Part shown: positions 37,520 to 48,930 of the stretch, one piece after another
Layout of the letters: every line of letters starts with the position of its first letter
Position numbering within the stretch: position 1 is the first letter of the stretch
Origin: an uncultured Eubacteriales bacterium
GTDB lineage: Bacteria; Bacillota; Clostridia; Oscillospirales; Acutalibacteraceae
Assembly (NCBI GenBank): GCA_964424555.1
Contig: CAYRIX010000002.1
Coordinates: 1 to 64,000 of the forward strand
Length of the DNA stretch: 64,000 nucleotides
Reading direction: 5' to 3'
Program-made: the position numbers and the translations under genes
Notes under the pieces: model-generated
What the model saw: the letters and a program-made list of their open reading frames with translations, nothing else
What the model was told of the DNA's origin: nothing
Database searches by the model: none

Positions 37520-38977
37520 TTATCGGCCCAATTCAGGCCGCTTGTCAGGATCGGACAGCTCTTTCAGCACCTTGACCGTGACAGGTATAGCCATCAGAAG
37601 CGCGATCATATCGGCCACGGGCTGAGCCAGCAGTACACCGTCAAGACCGAAAATAAACGGCAGTATCAGAACGGCAGGGATGAACGACAGACCGTTTCGG
37701 GAGACAGACAAAACGGTTGCGCTGAAAACTCGTCCCATTGTCTGCAGCATCATATTGCTCATGACCACCCAGGACATTACCGGAAATGTGATTATCTGCC
37801 ATCGCATTGCGTTGGTGCCTATCTCAAGTGCTATGGGGTCGTTGGCACGGAAGATTGCCACGATATTTTCGGATAAAAGGTAGGCAGGAACGGCAATGAC
37901 AATAATAAAACCAACTGCCACCTTAACGCAGAACCAGAACGACCTTGTGACACGCTTGTAAAGACCTGCACCGTAGTTAAAGCCGCAAACGGGCTGAAAG
38001 CCCTGACCGAAGCCGATGAGCGTTGATGCGGCAAACATCATAATTCGTCCGACCACCGTCATTGCGGCAACCGCCGAGGTTGCGGCCGAAGCGACACCGG
38101 GATAGGCCAACGCACCGTAGATGCCTGCCATATTGTTGAGACAGGCGGTTGAAATGCTGTTGAGACCCTGACGTCCCAAGGACGGCAGACCGCCCTTGCA
38201 TATCTCACTAACCGTCGCCTTGCTGAAACTGACGTTTTTAAGCCTTATCTTAATGCAATCCGAGCGCTCGGTGCCGACAAGCAGCAGAATAAAGCTGACC
38301 GTCTGACCGATAATGGTAGCCAACGCGGCACCGACGACCTCCATATCCCAAACGAGGATAAACAGCGCGTCAAGTCCGACATTCAGCACCGCACCTGCCG
38401 AAATACCAAGCATCGCATAGGTTGCATTACCCTGAAAGCGTATCTGATTGTTGAGCACCAAGGATGCCATTGTAATAGGTGCACCTATGAGGATTATTCT
38501 CATATACTGCACGGTGTAATCAAGGAAATCACCGCCGGTTCCCAGCAGATACGCCAACGGCTCGGCAAATATCTGTCCAAGAACAAGTATGACACTACCC
38601 AAAATAACAGAATACCAAAAACCCGACGATGCCACGCGCTCGGCAGACTTCAGGTCGTGTTTGCCAAGTGCCCTGGAAACGAAATTACCCGAGCCGTGTC
38701 CGAAGAAAAAGCCGAAGGCCTGAATGACCGCCATAAGTGACATTACAACACCGACTGCCGCCTGGGCTCGGGTCTGCATCACAGCCTGTACGGCTTCAGC
38801 CTCACCTAAACCGATCTTGCCGACGAAATAGGTATCGGCCATATTGTAAAAGGTGGTGACCAGCATACTGACAATGGTTGGGACAGCCAATTTCAGGATC
38901 AGCTTTTCAACAGGCTCTGTGGTCATCCTTTTGAACTTTTCCTCCCGATTCAGTTCGACGTTTGAAGTCACGGACAA
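37520..38977 (-). CDS. MATE-family efflux transporter
   Basis: 12 TM segments. MATE N-terminus LAVPTIVSMLVTTFYNMADTYFVGKIG. Confidence 0.85.
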   Translation of the reverse strand: MSVTSNVELNREEKFKRMTTEPVEKLILKLAVPTIVSMLVTTFYNMADTYFVGKIGLGEAEAVQAVMQTRAQAAVGVVMSLMAVIQAFGFFFGHGSGNFVSRALGKHDLKSAERVASSGFWYSVILGSVILVLGQIFAEPLAYLLGTGGDFLDYTVQYMRIILIGAPITMASLVLNNQIRFQGNATYAMLGISAGAVLNVGLDALFILVWDMEVVGAALATIIGQTVSFILLLVGTERSDCIKIRLKNVSFSKATVSEICKGGLPSLGRQGLNSISTACLNNMAGIYGALAYPGVASAATSAVAAMTVVGRIMMFAASTLIGFGQGFQPVCGFNYGAGLYKRVTRSFWFCVKVAVGFIIVIAVPAYLLSENIVAIFRANDPIALEIGTNAMRWQIITFPVMSWVVMSNMMLQTMGRVFSATVLSVSRNGLSFIPAVLILPFIFGLDGVLLAQPVADMIALLMAIPVTVKVLKELSDPDKRPELGR

Positions 38978-38979
38978 AA

Positions 38980-39807
38980 TTACAACTTCCCTTCCCTGTA
39001 CAATTCCAAAAGGTATTTTGCAACACCGTCATTGTCATTAGTATCAACAACGATATCTGCATGCTTTTTTGCTACATCCTGAGCATTACCGACAACGACT
39101 GCAACATCAGCGTTTTGAAGCATCTCCACGTCATTCCCGTTGTCACCGAACGCCACAACCCGATCGAAGCCGTACATTTCTTTAAGACGTTTTATAGTAT
39201 TCCACTTGCCTGCTGCATCAACATAAACCTCTACAAAATATTTGTCACCGCTGTAGGTGTCGAGATAATGTGAGAACTTTATCCCGTCAATGCTTTGCAG
39301 AGCGTGTACCACCGCATTCATCGTGTCTTTAAGGTCAATTCCGTTGATATAAACCGTGTTGTCCCCAACGGTATAGTCCTCCACCTTTTCAAATCGGCGG
39401 TACAGCTTTTGACGTTTGGCAACAAATTGCCGCTCATAGTCGTTTTTGAGTTGGGTAAACTCACACTCGATATACTCGCCGTTAAAACTGTAGACAAACG
39501 GCGGACGGCCATTGGATTTGAAAACATCTATCACACGACGAGCAAGTTCAGTTGGGTATCGGTTTACATAAACCTGCGTTTTGGTGGGCACATCGGTCAA
39601 AAATACACCGTTCATCATAACGGCGGGGATCTTGAGGCGTAGTCCGTCAAGCAGACCCGATGCCGAAGAGACCGAGCGCGCCGTTGCAACGGTAAAATTC
39701 ATACCATTATCAATCAGAAAATTCAATGTTTCCTTGCTGAATTTTGAAAGATGTCCGTGTGAATCAAACAATGTGCCGTCGAGGTCGCTTACATAAAGTG
39801 TCTTCAT
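38980..39807 (-). CDS. Cof-type HAD-IIB family hydrolase
   Basis: N-terminal DLDGTL motif (YVSDLDGTLFD). C-terminal GDNGND. Confidence 0.85.
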   Translation of the reverse strand: MKTLYVSDLDGTLFDSHGHLSKFSKETLNFLIDNGMNFTVATARSVSSASGLLDGLRLKIPAVMMNGVFLTDVPTKTQVYVNRYPTELARRVIDVFKSNGRPPFVYSFNGEYIECEFTQLKNDYERQFVAKRQKLYRRFEKVEDYTVGDNTVYINGIDLKDTMNAVVHALQSIDGIKFSHYLDTYSGDKYFVEVYVDAAGKWNTIKRLKEMYGFDRVVAFGDNGNDVEMLQNADVAVVVGNAQDVAKKHADIVVDTNDNDGVAKYLLELYREGKL

Positions 39808-41687
39808 TGAAGCTCCTCCAGCTCAGCGCCCAAGCGCTCCCATTCCGTCATCAATTCTTCAAGCTTCGTGTTGAGCGCGTCGGCCTCAGCCGACAGCTCG
39901 GCCACCCTTTCATAGTCCGACACTACCTCGTCGGACGACATGAGAGCATTGACCTCATCCAATTTACCTTCGGTCTCGGCTATCTCCTGCTCGCACTTGG
40001 CAAAGGCCGTTTTCAGCTTGCGGAGACGCGAAGCCTCCTCCTTTTTGCGGAGGTATTCGTTTTTATTCTGTGATACCGCCTTTTCCCTTTTAGGAGCCTC
40101 GGCTGATTGGCGCACCTCAGTATATTTATCATAGTTACCCTCTAAAATTTTGACGGTGCCGTTTTCAAAATACATGACCTTTGAGGCCAGCCTGTTTATA
40201 AGATAACGGTCATGCGAAACGCAGACCAAGGTTCCGTCAAAGCCATCCAAAGCCTCCTCCAAGACCTCACGCGATTCGAGGTCTAAGTGGTTGGTCGGCT
40301 CGTCCAATAAAAGCAGGTTGTTGTGGGACAGCATCAGGCGGCAAAGCGCGACCCTTGCCCGTTCGCCGCCCGAAAGGGTTTCGATTTTTTCAAAGACCTC
40401 CTCACCCTTAAAAAGGAACAGGGCAAGCGCACTTCTCAAAGCCGTGTCACCCAAGGCGGGATAGTCGTCACGCAATTGTTGGAAAATAGTTTTATCAAGA
40501 CACAGGTCGCGCTGGTGCTGATCGAAATATCCGACCGACACACCGACACCGTACTGAACGGCGGTCTTGTCCAGAATCTGCCTGAGCAAGGTGGTTTTTC
40601 CGCAACCGTTGGGGCCGATTATGAAAATTCGGTCTCCTCGGCGCACATCCAACGAAACATTATTATAAAGATAACGGCCGTCGAACGCTCTTGACAAATC
40701 TTCACCCTTCAAAACCTCGTCGCCGCTTCTGACGGCGGCTGAAAAGGACAAACTCATTCCCTCTTTTTCGGAGTCAGGTATCTCAAGGTCACGTAACAAG
40801 CGATCGATCATTTTTTGCTTATTTTCGGCCGTTTTTATATTCTTTTCACGGTTCCAGCGACGCTGCTGTTCGATGATTTTCTCGATTCTCGAAACCTCAC
40901 GCATGGTGTTGTCGTAATTGCGCTGAACAGTCAGCTTGCGCTCCTCTTTCACCTTCTGATACTTAGTATAGTTGCCGTCACAGCAGTACAGCTTGTGATT
41001 GTCCATTTCAAAAATGCGGTTGGCAACACGGTCAAGAAAATAACGGTCATGTGAAATGATAATAACCGCTTTTTTGCAGGTGCGGATATACCCGTCGAGC
41101 CACTCGATAGCGTCAATATCAAGATGGTTGGTCGGCTCGTCCAAAAGAATAACATCGGGCGCCGACAAAAGAAGTTTACATAATTCTATTTTTGAACGCT
41201 GGCCGCCTGAAAGCTGAGGCACATTCAAAAGCAGTTCCTCGTCCGAAAAGCCGAGGCCTAAAAGAGCCGACCTTGTGCGTGCACGGTAGGTGAGTCCCCC
41301 TAAAGCCTCAAATTTTTCACGAAGAGCATGATGCCTTTCAATTAGCTCGGCACTTTGGTCGGTCTCAAGCCGTAATGTCAGCTCACTCAGCTCATCCTCT
41401 GATTTAATAAGTTCGTCAAAGACCGACAAGGCCTCATGGTAAGCGGTTTTTTGTGAGCCTTGGCAGGCATGCTGATTGAGTACACCGATGCTCACACCGC
41501 TTTTGCGGACGACACTGCCCGAATCAGGCAATTCTTCACCCGAAATCATGCGAAAAAGCGTGGTCTTGCCGCAACCGTTGCCGCCGATAAGACCAACAAT
41601 ATCATCGGGCTCGATATCGAACCCGATGTTTTCAAAAAGTAAATTGTCACCGTAGGACTTTGAAAGTCCGTTGACACTTACAAGCAT
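39804..41687 (-). CDS. ABC-F family ATPase (tandem ABC domains, C-terminal coiled coil)
   Basis: Two Walker A sites (GGNGCGKTT, GPNGCGKTT), two LSGG signatures, inter-domain linker, K/E-rich C-terminal coiled coil. No TM domain. Confidence 0.85.
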   Translation of the reverse strand: MLVSVNGLSKSYGDNLLFENIGFDIEPDDIVGLIGGNGCGKTTLFRMISGEELPDSGSVVRKSGVSIGVLNQHACQGSQKTAYHEALSVFDELIKSEDELSELTLRLETDQSAELIERHHALREKFEALGGLTYRARTRSALLGLGFSDEELLLNVPQLSGGQRSKIELCKLLLSAPDVILLDEPTNHLDIDAIEWLDGYIRTCKKAVIIISHDRYFLDRVANRIFEMDNHKLYCCDGNYTKYQKVKEERKLTVQRNYDNTMREVSRIEKIIEQQRRWNREKNIKTAENKQKMIDRLLRDLEIPDSEKEGMSLSFSAAVRSGDEVLKGEDLSRAFDGRYLYNNVSLDVRRGDRIFIIGPNGCGKTTLLRQILDKTAVQYGVGVSVGYFDQHQRDLCLDKTIFQQLRDDYPALGDTALRSALALFLFKGEEVFEKIETLSGGERARVALCRLMLSHNNLLLLDEPTNHLDLESREVLEEALDGFDGTLVCVSHDRYLINRLASKVMYFENGTVKILEGNYDKYTEVRQSAEAPKREKAVSQNKNEYLRKKEEASRLRKLKTAFAKCEQEIAETEGKLDEVNALMSSDEVVSDYERVAELSAEADALNTKLEELMTEWERLGAELEELQ

Positions 41688-41707
41688 TTGTTTCTCCTAA
41701 AATTTTG

Positions 41708-42736
41708 TTACAGAAGCTCGGCCATATCAAGCACCAACCGCTCGGTCTTTTCCCAGCCGAGGCAGGGGTCGGTTATGGATTTGCCGAACACACCCTCTCC
41801 TATTTTCTGGCATCCGTCCTCAATATAGCTTTCTATCATAAAGCCCTTGACCAATTTTTTGATGTCGGCAGAATGGCGGCAGCTATGCAGTACTTCTTTA
41901 CAGATACGGATCTGCTCTAAATACTGCTTACCCGAGTTGGAATGGTTGGTATCAACAATAAGCGCCATATTCTTGAGATTGCGCTCGGAATAATCCTGAC
42001 AAAGATTGATGAGATCCTCGTAGTGGTAGTTGGGGTGCGAACGTCCCTTGCTGTCGACCGAGCCTCTGAGGATTGCGTGGGTCAAGGGGTTGCCGTCGGT
42101 CGTGACCTCCCATCCTCGTGAAATAAAGGTCTGCGGATGCTGAGCAGCCGTAATGGAGTTAAGCATGACCGACACATCACCACTGGTGGGGTTCTTCATT
42201 CCGACAGGAATCTCGATACCGCTGGCAACAAGGCGGTGCTGTTGATTTTCGACCGAACGTGCGCCGACCGCTACATACGATAAAACATCCGACAGATAAT
42301 AATAGTTATCGGGGTAAAGCATCTCATCGGCGCTCGAAAGACCTGTCTCTTTAATAGCTCGGATGTGCAGATGACGGATAGCCATAAGACCCTTTATCAT
42401 ATCGGGCTTTTCGTTGGGGTTAGGCTGATGCACCATACCCTTATAGCCGTCACCCGTGGTTCTCGGCTTATTGGTGTATATGCGGGGTATCATAAGTATC
42501 TTGTCCTTGACCTCTGACTGCAGACGTGCAAGACGGTTGATGTATTCGATGACAGGCTCCTCGGTGTCGGCCGAGCACGGGCCTATTACCAAGATCATTC
42601 GGTCATCCTTGCCCTCAAACACCTTGGCTATTTCAGCATCCCGCTGTGCCTTTGCCTTGGCGGCATCGGCTGGCAAAGGAAGTTCCTTTATAATTTCCTC
42701 AGGATGAGGTAATACTCTTTCATTAATTACTGCCAT
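41708..42736 (-). CDS. 3-deoxy-7-phosphoheptulonate (DAHP) synthase, class I
   Basis: Start re-set to MAVINERV (RBS GGGAGG). DDRMILVIGPCS...RIYTNKPRTT and GKSITDPCLGWE match AroG/F/H. Confidence 0.9.
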   Translation of the reverse strand: MAVINERVLPHPEEIIKELPLPADAAKAKAQRDAEIAKVFEGKDDRMILVIGPCSADTEEPVIEYINRLARLQSEVKDKILMIPRIYTNKPRTTGDGYKGMVHQPNPNEKPDMIKGLMAIRHLHIRAIKETGLSSADEMLYPDNYYYLSDVLSYVAVGARSVENQQHRLVASGIEIPVGMKNPTSGDVSVMLNSITAAQHPQTFISRGWEVTTDGNPLTHAILRGSVDSKGRSHPNYHYEDLINLCQDYSERNLKNMALIVDTNHSNSGKQYLEQIRICKEVLHSCRHSADIKKLVKGFMIESYIEDGCQKIGEGVFGKSITDPCLGWEKTERLVLDMAELL

Positions 42737-43013
42737 TTTACATTTCCTCCCAAACAAGGCGACACCTTATTGTTATCATCATATTTTATCACATCTTTTT
42801 GCGAATTTAAAGTACCTTAAGCAATAAAATTATACATTTTACGGAATATATTTGCACTTTTTTGCTGTTTTACAGACTAATTCTTCGGTTTTGAGTGTAT
42901 ATTTTTAAGGTACAACTATAAAAGTTACAAATCCTTAATTGAAAAAGGTGAGAATTTGTGCTACAATGTTTTACGTTAAAAACATTCCATACCATATTTT
43001 AAGGTGAAACGTA

Positions 43014-45239
43014 ATGAGTTTAAAAGAAAATCTTAAAGGCTTTGGCTCCAACGTTCTCCATGTATTAAAAAGAGCGTTCTCATTTTTAGGCCGTCACACT
43101 TATGTTTTAAGTCTTGTGCTTGGTCTTGTGCTTAATTTTATAATAGAATGCCTGCACCGTCACTCGCTTGTTGACGGCCTTCTTCATGTTGTTCAAAGTC
43201 CGCTACCCTTTATTTTTAACTCACTTGTCATTGCAACCGTAATGGCAGTGTGCTCGCTTTTTAAGCGCCGATATTTTCTTTACTGTCTTTTCGGCGCACT
43301 GTTTCTGGGCTTTGGCATTGCCAACTGTGTACTGCTCGCCATGCGTGTTACTCCGCTTGAATGGGCCGACCTGCAGGTCGTAAAAATAAGCCTTATCACC
43401 AAATATCTCACGCCCTTTTATATCGGACTGATAATTTTTGCCATCTCGCTCGCACTTGCGGCACTGGTTTGGCTTTTTGTAAAGCTTCCCAAAGCACGGG
43501 TGAACTATCTTCGTGAAGGTATCTCGGCCGTGTCGTATATCGCTGTGCTGACGGTGTGTCTTCTGACCTTCAGAGCAACGGGCATTCTGTTGGCAAGCCA
43601 CACCAAAAACCTTGCCAACGCATATAAGCAGTACGGCTTTAACTATTGCTTCCTGTGCAGTGTATTTGATCTTGGTATCGACCAGCCCGAGCTTTATACT
43701 AAGGATGACATTGACCGCATCACATCATCTGTCACCGAAGCCTCCCGTAACAATCAGACCGTAAAACAGCAGGCAGCCTCGGTTCAGAACAAAGAGCCCT
43801 CACCTAACGTAATTTATCTGCAGCTTGAGACCTTCTTTGATGTCAATCATTTATCTAATGTAGAGTTTTCAGAGGATCCTATCCCTAATTTTACAAAGCT
43901 TCACACCGAGTATTCCTCGGGTTACCTCGGTGTTCCGTCCATCGGTGCGGGCACAGCCAATACAGAGTTTGAGATAATCTCGGGAATGTCGCTGAACGAC
44001 TTCGGTATGGGTGAATACCCTTATAAGACCATTTTGCAGACCGAGCCGAGCGAAAGTGTGTGCTATAATCTGAAAAACCGAGGCTATACCACACATGCGA
44101 TACACAACAACACGGGAGTGTTTTACGACCGTAATCTTGTTTTCTCCAACCTCGGCTTTGATACCTTTACCTCGCTCGAATATATGCAGGATGTTGAGTA
44201 CACCTCGGCAGGCTGGGCAAAGGATAATGTACTGTTGGGCTGTATAAACGATTGCCTTGATTCAAGCGAGGGCAGTGATGTTGTATACACCATAACCGTT
44301 CAAAGCCATGGCAAGTACCCTTCGGACTATCAGGATGAATTGCCGATAGATGCCGTTGGCTTCAGCGATGATGAGGATACCAATAAGGAATTCAGATATT
44401 ACATCAACCAGCTTTATGAGGTTGACCAATTTATCGGTGAATTGATTGCTTCACTTGAGGCAAGAAACGAGCGTACCGTTGTTGTAATGTACGGCGACCA
44501 CCTGCCGAGCTTCGACATATCACCCGAGGATCTTGAGGGCGGTGACCTTTTTGCAACCGAATATGTTATATGGAACAACTTCGGACTTGAAAAGCAGGAT
44601 GGCAACATTATGGCATACCAGATATCGGCAAAGATCATGGAGCTTATCGGCCTTGACGACGGTATGCTGACCAAGCTGCATCAGAACTTCAGCCAAGAGC
44701 CTCAATATCACGATTGGCTTCGCACTTTAGAGTACGACATGCTTTACGGTGAAAAATATTCCTTTGGCGGAAAGGAAAACTATCCTTATAAAACAACCGA
44801 TATCAAGATGGGTGTTAAGGATGTCACCATCTCGGATGTCGAGCTTAATGCTGACGAAACCGTAACAGTTTCGGGACTGCATTTTACCGATCACAGCCGC
44901 ATAATGATAAACGACAGCATGGTCGACACAATATTTGTTGACAACTTCACGCTCACGACCGATGAAAGCGTTGAAATTCTTACGGGCGACCACCTTGCCG
45001 TTGTTCAGGTGGACAACAGCGGAAATGCTTTAAGCAGCAGTAAATATTACCTTATCGGCGGAACCGAGGAATACCCCACCGTCACCGAAGACAAGGACAA
45101 TATCATATACAAGCCAAAGGGCTTCAAGCTTTCGACCGCCATTGCAATAATAGTTGCAGGCATAGCTGTTATTTCCTTATCCATAACGATTTTGACTGTA
45201 ACGATCCGCCGTCGCAGGTCGAACAACACTAAAGATTAA
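43014..45239 (+). CDS. LTA-synthase-family (LtaS-like sulfatase-domain) membrane protein with C-terminal beta-sandwich domain and C-terminal TM anchor
   Basis: Five N-terminal TM segments. Extracellular sulfatase/alkaline-phosphatase-like domain. Extra ~150-aa C-terminal region ending in one TM plus RRRRSNNTKD. Confidence 0.8.
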   Translation: MSLKENLKGFGSNVLHVLKRAFSFLGRHTYVLSLVLGLVLNFIIECLHRHSLVDGLLHVVQSPLPFIFNSLVIATVMAVCSLFKRRYFLYCLFGALFLGFGIANCVLLAMRVTPLEWADLQVVKISLITKYLTPFYIGLIIFAISLALAALVWLFVKLPKARVNYLREGISAVSYIAVLTVCLLTFRATGILLASHTKNLANAYKQYGFNYCFLCSVFDLGIDQPELYTKDDIDRITSSVTEASRNNQTVKQQAASVQNKEPSPNVIYLQLETFFDVNHLSNVEFSEDPIPNFTKLHTEYSSGYLGVPSIGAGTANTEFEIISGMSLNDFGMGEYPYKTILQTEPSESVCYNLKNRGYTTHAIHNNTGVFYDRNLVFSNLGFDTFTSLEYMQDVEYTSAGWAKDNVLLGCINDCLDSSEGSDVVYTITVQSHGKYPSDYQDELPIDAVGFSDDEDTNKEFRYYINQLYEVDQFIGELIASLEARNERTVVVMYGDHLPSFDISPEDLEGGDLFATEYVIWNNFGLEKQDGNIMAYQISAKIMELIGLDDGMLTKLHQNFSQEPQYHDWLRTLEYDMLYGEKYSFGGKENYPYKTTDIKMGVKDVTISDVELNADETVTVSGLHFTDHSRIMINDSMVDTIFVDNFTLTTDESVEILTGDHLAVVQVDNSGNALSSSKYYLIGGTEEYPTVTEDKDNIIYKPKGFKLSTAIAIIVAGIAVISLSITILTVTIRRRRSNNTKD

Positions 45240-45257
45240 TCTTTCTTAAATAAAACT

Positions 45258-45299
45258 AAGACCGCTCAAGGTGTAAAGCCTTAAGCGGTCTTGATTTTT
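45258..45299. terminator. bidirectional intrinsic terminator
   Basis: Stem AAGACCGCT/AGCGGTCTT followed by GATTTTT, between convergent genes. Confidence 0.55.
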
Positions 45300-45924
45300 A
45301 CAGACTGTCAAGATACTGCAGCACATCCTCAAACAGCTCGGTGCCGCTGTCCTTTTTCAAATACAGTGGATGGTGCGGATGTCCCTTAGCCTTAGACCTT
45401 GCACCAACGGTATACCATTTTGCACCGAAGCGCTCACCTCGAACTATCATATCCTTTACGCAATCCTTAAGATACGGTCGCTTTTCGATTATCGTACCCC
45501 AAGCCGCCCATATAGCAGGCTTGTGCCCATCACCGTAAGACGACAGAATATACTCAAACGCTCTCATGTTTTCCGTGTGCATAGGCTCATTGAAATCGGG
45601 GTCCATATCATCGGGATTGGTTGCCCTCTGCGGATACACATTAAACATTATAAATGAGTCATAGCCGTTATGTAACGCAATACGCTCAACGCTTTTAAGC
45701 GTATTGTCAAGATTATCAGGCTCGGCAGTCGATGGGTTTATCCCAATGCAGATAAGCGGATTTTTGCCCTTAGTACCTAAAATATAACGGTATTCCGAAT
45801 ATCGGCACGGTATATACAGCCATTTTTTTGCATCATATTCGTGCTCCGAGGTCTGCTCCTCGGCTAACGCAGTCTTAAAGGCAAGTATCTCAACCTTTTG
45901 AGACACCGTCGACGGGATATGCAT
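45298..45924 (-). CDS. hypothetical protein (DUF1643-like)
   Basis: 208 aa, soluble. Motifs CIGINPSTAEPD and HPLYL. Starts at the base immediately after the secA stop. Confidence 0.6.
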   Translation of the reverse strand: MHIPSTVSQKVEILAFKTALAEEQTSEHEYDAKKWLYIPCRYSEYRYILGTKGKNPLICIGINPSTAEPDNLDNTLKSVERIALHNGYDSFIMFNVYPQRATNPDDMDPDFNEPMHTENMRAFEYILSSYGDGHKPAIWAAWGTIIEKRPYLKDCVKDMIVRGERFGAKWYTVGARSKAKGHPHHPLYLKKDSGTELFEDVLQYLDSL

Positions 45925-48651
45925 TTAGTCGACATCCTTTCCGCAACAGCGCTTGTACTTCAGACCGCTTCCGCAGGGGCAGGGAGAATTTTTGCTTACT
46001 ACACCCTTGCCACGTACAGTGGTATTCTTATCCACCTTTTCTTCCTCGGCCACCTTTTCACGCTTGGGCTCCTCATCCTTGCGGCGCACCCTTGCGCAAA
46101 TCACCATTTTGGTAGTATCCTCACGAATGGCATCGGTCATGGCACTGAACATATCATAGCCCTCATTACGGTACTCGACAACGGGATTATGCTGACCGTA
46201 AGCACGAAGACCTATGCCCTGTCTCAGCTCATCCATGGCATCAATATGATCCATCCAATGTGTATCAACGCTTCTGAGCAGCATAACTCGTTCTATCTCT
46301 CGCATCATCTCAGAGCCGTATTCCTCTTCCTTGCGGTCGAGCAAATCGATAGCCTTATTCTTAAGCAGATCGGCCACATCACCCTTGTCAAGCTTGTTCA
46401 ACTCATCCACGGTGAATTTAAGGTCGTTCTCTCCGCAAAGCCAGCCACGGAAATAATCTCTTAAGCCGTCGAGATTCCAATCATCGGGAATGTCACTTGT
46501 GAGATATGTGCCGACTGCCGACTCGATGGTATCGCTGACCATCTTTCGAACTGTATCCTTGATATCCTCGCCGTCAAGCACACGGTTACGCTGAGCATAG
46601 ATAAGCTCACGCTGCTTGTTCATAACGTCATCATAATCAAGAACATTCTTACGGATTCCGAAGTTGCGTCCCTCAATACGTTGCTGAGCACTTTCGATGG
46701 ATTTGGTCAGTATGCCTGTTTCGATAGGCATGTTCTCATCTACCCTGAGCATGTTCATCATATTATATATACGCTCACCGCCAAAAAGACGCATAAGGTC
46801 ATCCTCTAAGGAAACGTAGAAACGGCTTGCGCCGGGGTCACCCTGACGTCCTGCTCGGCCTCTCAGCTGATTGTCGATACGTCTTGACTCGTGACGTTCG
46901 GTGCCAATGATAAACAGACCGCCTGCTTCCCTTACCTTTTCGGCCTCGGGCTCAATTTCGGACTTGAACTGACCGTGGAACTTGTGATACTCCTCACGTG
47001 CCTTTAAAATATCGGTATCCTGAGTTTCGGCAAAGCCTGTAGCCGCCGAGATTAGCTCCTCAGAATAGCCCAGTTTACGAAGCTCGGATTTGGCAAGGTA
47101 TTCGGCATTACCGCCCAGCATAATATCGGTGCCTCGTCCTGCCATGTTGGTGGCAATGGTCACAGCACCAAACTTACCTGCCTGAGCGATTATCTCGGCT
47201 TCCTTATCGTGATATTTTGCATTCAAAACATTGTGCTTGATACCTTTTTTTCTAAGCAAGGTGGAAAGCTGTTCGGATTTTTCAATCGAAATAGTGCCGA
47301 CCAGCACAGGCTGACCCTTTTGATGGCATTCAGCGATATTTTCAATAACAGCGTTGAACTTCGCCCTTTCGGTCTTGTAGATAACATCATCCATATCCTG
47401 ACGTACAACGGGCTTGTTGGTAGGTATCTCAACAACGTCGAGCTTATATATCTGCTGGAACTCGGTCTCTTCAGTCATGGCTGTACCCGTCATACCTGCC
47501 AGCTTATCATAAAGGCGGAAGAAGTTCTGGAATGTAATGGTAGCAAGCGTTCTCGATTCATGGGCGATCTTGACACCCTCTTTGGCCTCGATTGCCTGAT
47601 GCAGACCCTCGTTGTAACGGCGTCCGTACATAATACGTCCCGTAAACTCATCAACGATAAGCACCTCGCCGTCCTTGACAACATAGTCAACATCACGCTT
47701 CATAATACCGTAAGCACGGATGGCCTGCTGAATGTGGTGTGATATCGTGATATTCTCGGGGTCGTTAAGATTTTCAAGGTTAAAGAAAGCCTCAGCCTTT
47801 TCGACACCCGAAGGAGTCAGCGTGCAGGTCTTGGCCTTTTCGTCAACAACGTAGTCTCCGTCTATTGCCAATTCTTCATCGGTCTTTTTATCGTCGGTCT
47901 CACGGATACGGACGCATTTGAGTGAGCGTGCCAGCTTGTTGGCCGACACATAAAGGTCTGATGACTTATCTCCTCGACCCGAAATGATAAGCGGAGTTCT
48001 GGCTTCGTCGATCAAGATAGAGTCAACCTCATCGACAATGGCATAATTATGACCTCTTTGTACCCTCTGCTCCTTATAAATGACCATATTGTCACGAAGA
48101 TAGTCGAAGCCCAACTCGTTATTGGTGCAATAGGTGATGTCGGCATTGTATGCGACCTTTTTCTCCTCGTTGGTCATACCCGGCACAACAAGCCCTACGG
48201 TCAGTCCCAAGAAACTGTAGACCTTGCCCATCCATTCGCTGTCTCGACGTGCAAGATAGTCGTTGACCGTAACGATATGAACACCCTTTTCAGTCAAAGC
48301 ATTAAGGTATGCAGGCAGAGTTGCGACCAAGGTCTTACCCTCACCTGTGCGCATCTCACTGATACGTCCCTGATGAAGTATGATACCACCTAAAATCTGC
48401 ACAGGAAAATGCTTCATTGAAAGCACACGCCAGCTTGCCTCTCTACAGACGGCAAAGGCATCAGGCAGTATGGCATCCAAAGGCTTGCCCTCTTTTAACT
48501 GTGCTTTGAGCTTGTCGGTCATACCTTTAAGCTCGTCATCGCTCATTGCGGCATATTTTTCTTCAAGGTCTAAGACCTGCTGCTGCAACGGTCTTATACG
48601 CTTGATCTCTTTTTCACTGTAGTTTCCGAAAAGTTTTTGCAGTAAACCCAT
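45925..48651 (-). CDS. secA: preprotein translocase ATPase SecA
   Basis: DEAD-like motor domains ([31 protein letters not shown]). C-terminal zinc finger [14 protein letters not shown]. Confidence 0.97.
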   Translation of the reverse strand: MGLLQKLFGNYSEKEIKRIRPLQQQVLDLEEKYAAMSDDELKGMTDKLKAQLKEGKPLDAILPDAFAVCREASWRVLSMKHFPVQILGGIILHQGRISEMRTGEGKTLVATLPAYLNALTEKGVHIVTVNDYLARRDSEWMGKVYSFLGLTVGLVVPGMTNEEKKVAYNADITYCTNNELGFDYLRDNMVIYKEQRVQRGHNYAIVDEVDSILIDEARTPLIISGRGDKSSDLYVSANKLARSLKCVRIRETDDKKTDEELAIDGDYVVDEKAKTCTLTPSGVEKAEAFFNLENLNDPENITISHHIQQAIRAYGIMKRDVDYVVKDGEVLIVDEFTGRIMYGRRYNEGLHQAIEAKEGVKIAHESRTLATITFQNFFRLYDKLAGMTGTAMTEETEFQQIYKLDVVEIPTNKPVVRQDMDDVIYKTERAKFNAVIENIAECHQKGQPVLVGTISIEKSEQLSTLLRKKGIKHNVLNAKYHDKEAEIIAQAGKFGAVTIATNMAGRGTDIMLGGNAEYLAKSELRKLGYSEELISAATGFAETQDTDILKAREEYHKFHGQFKSEIEPEAEKVREAGGLFIIGTERHESRRIDNQLRGRAGRQGDPGASRFYVSLEDDLMRLFGGERIYNMMNMLRVDENMPIETGILTKSIESAQQRIEGRNFGIRKNVLDYDDVMNKQRELIYAQRNRVLDGEDIKDTVRKMVSDTIESAVGTYLTSDIPDDWNLDGLRDYFRGWLCGENDLKFTVDELNKLDKGDVADLLKNKAIDLLDRKEEEYGSEMMREIERVMLLRSVDTHWMDHIDAMDELRQGIGLRAYGQHNPVVEYRNEGYDMFSAMTDAIREDTTKMVICARVRRKDEEPKREKVAEEEKVDKNTTVRGKGVVSKNSPCPCGSGLKYKRCCGKDVD

Positions 48652-48853
48652 TTTAAAGCTTTCTCCTTAAAGTATGTATTTTAATGAGCACACCCATATT
48701 TCCTTCATAACCCGTCATTCTAAAACCATTTACGGCTGAAGAAGCTTTCCAAAAGCTCCTCGGCTTGGTTCGAAATGACAACACATTATATAGTGTACCA
48801 CATAATTGTTAAAATTTAAAGTATTTTTAATAAGCATTTATATTATTTTTGTG

Positions 48854-48882
48854 TTGAAATTTATGTCTGTTTAATGTATACT
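48854..48882 (+). promoter_or_regulatory. sigma-A promoter of glyA (TTGAAA-17-TATACT)
   Basis: TTGAAAtttatgtctgtttaatgTATACT, about 50 nt upstream of glyA. Confidence 0.45.
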
Positions 48883-48930
48883 GTTACCGATTAGAGTACT
48901 AATTTAAACTTTAAGCAAAGGAAGATGAAA

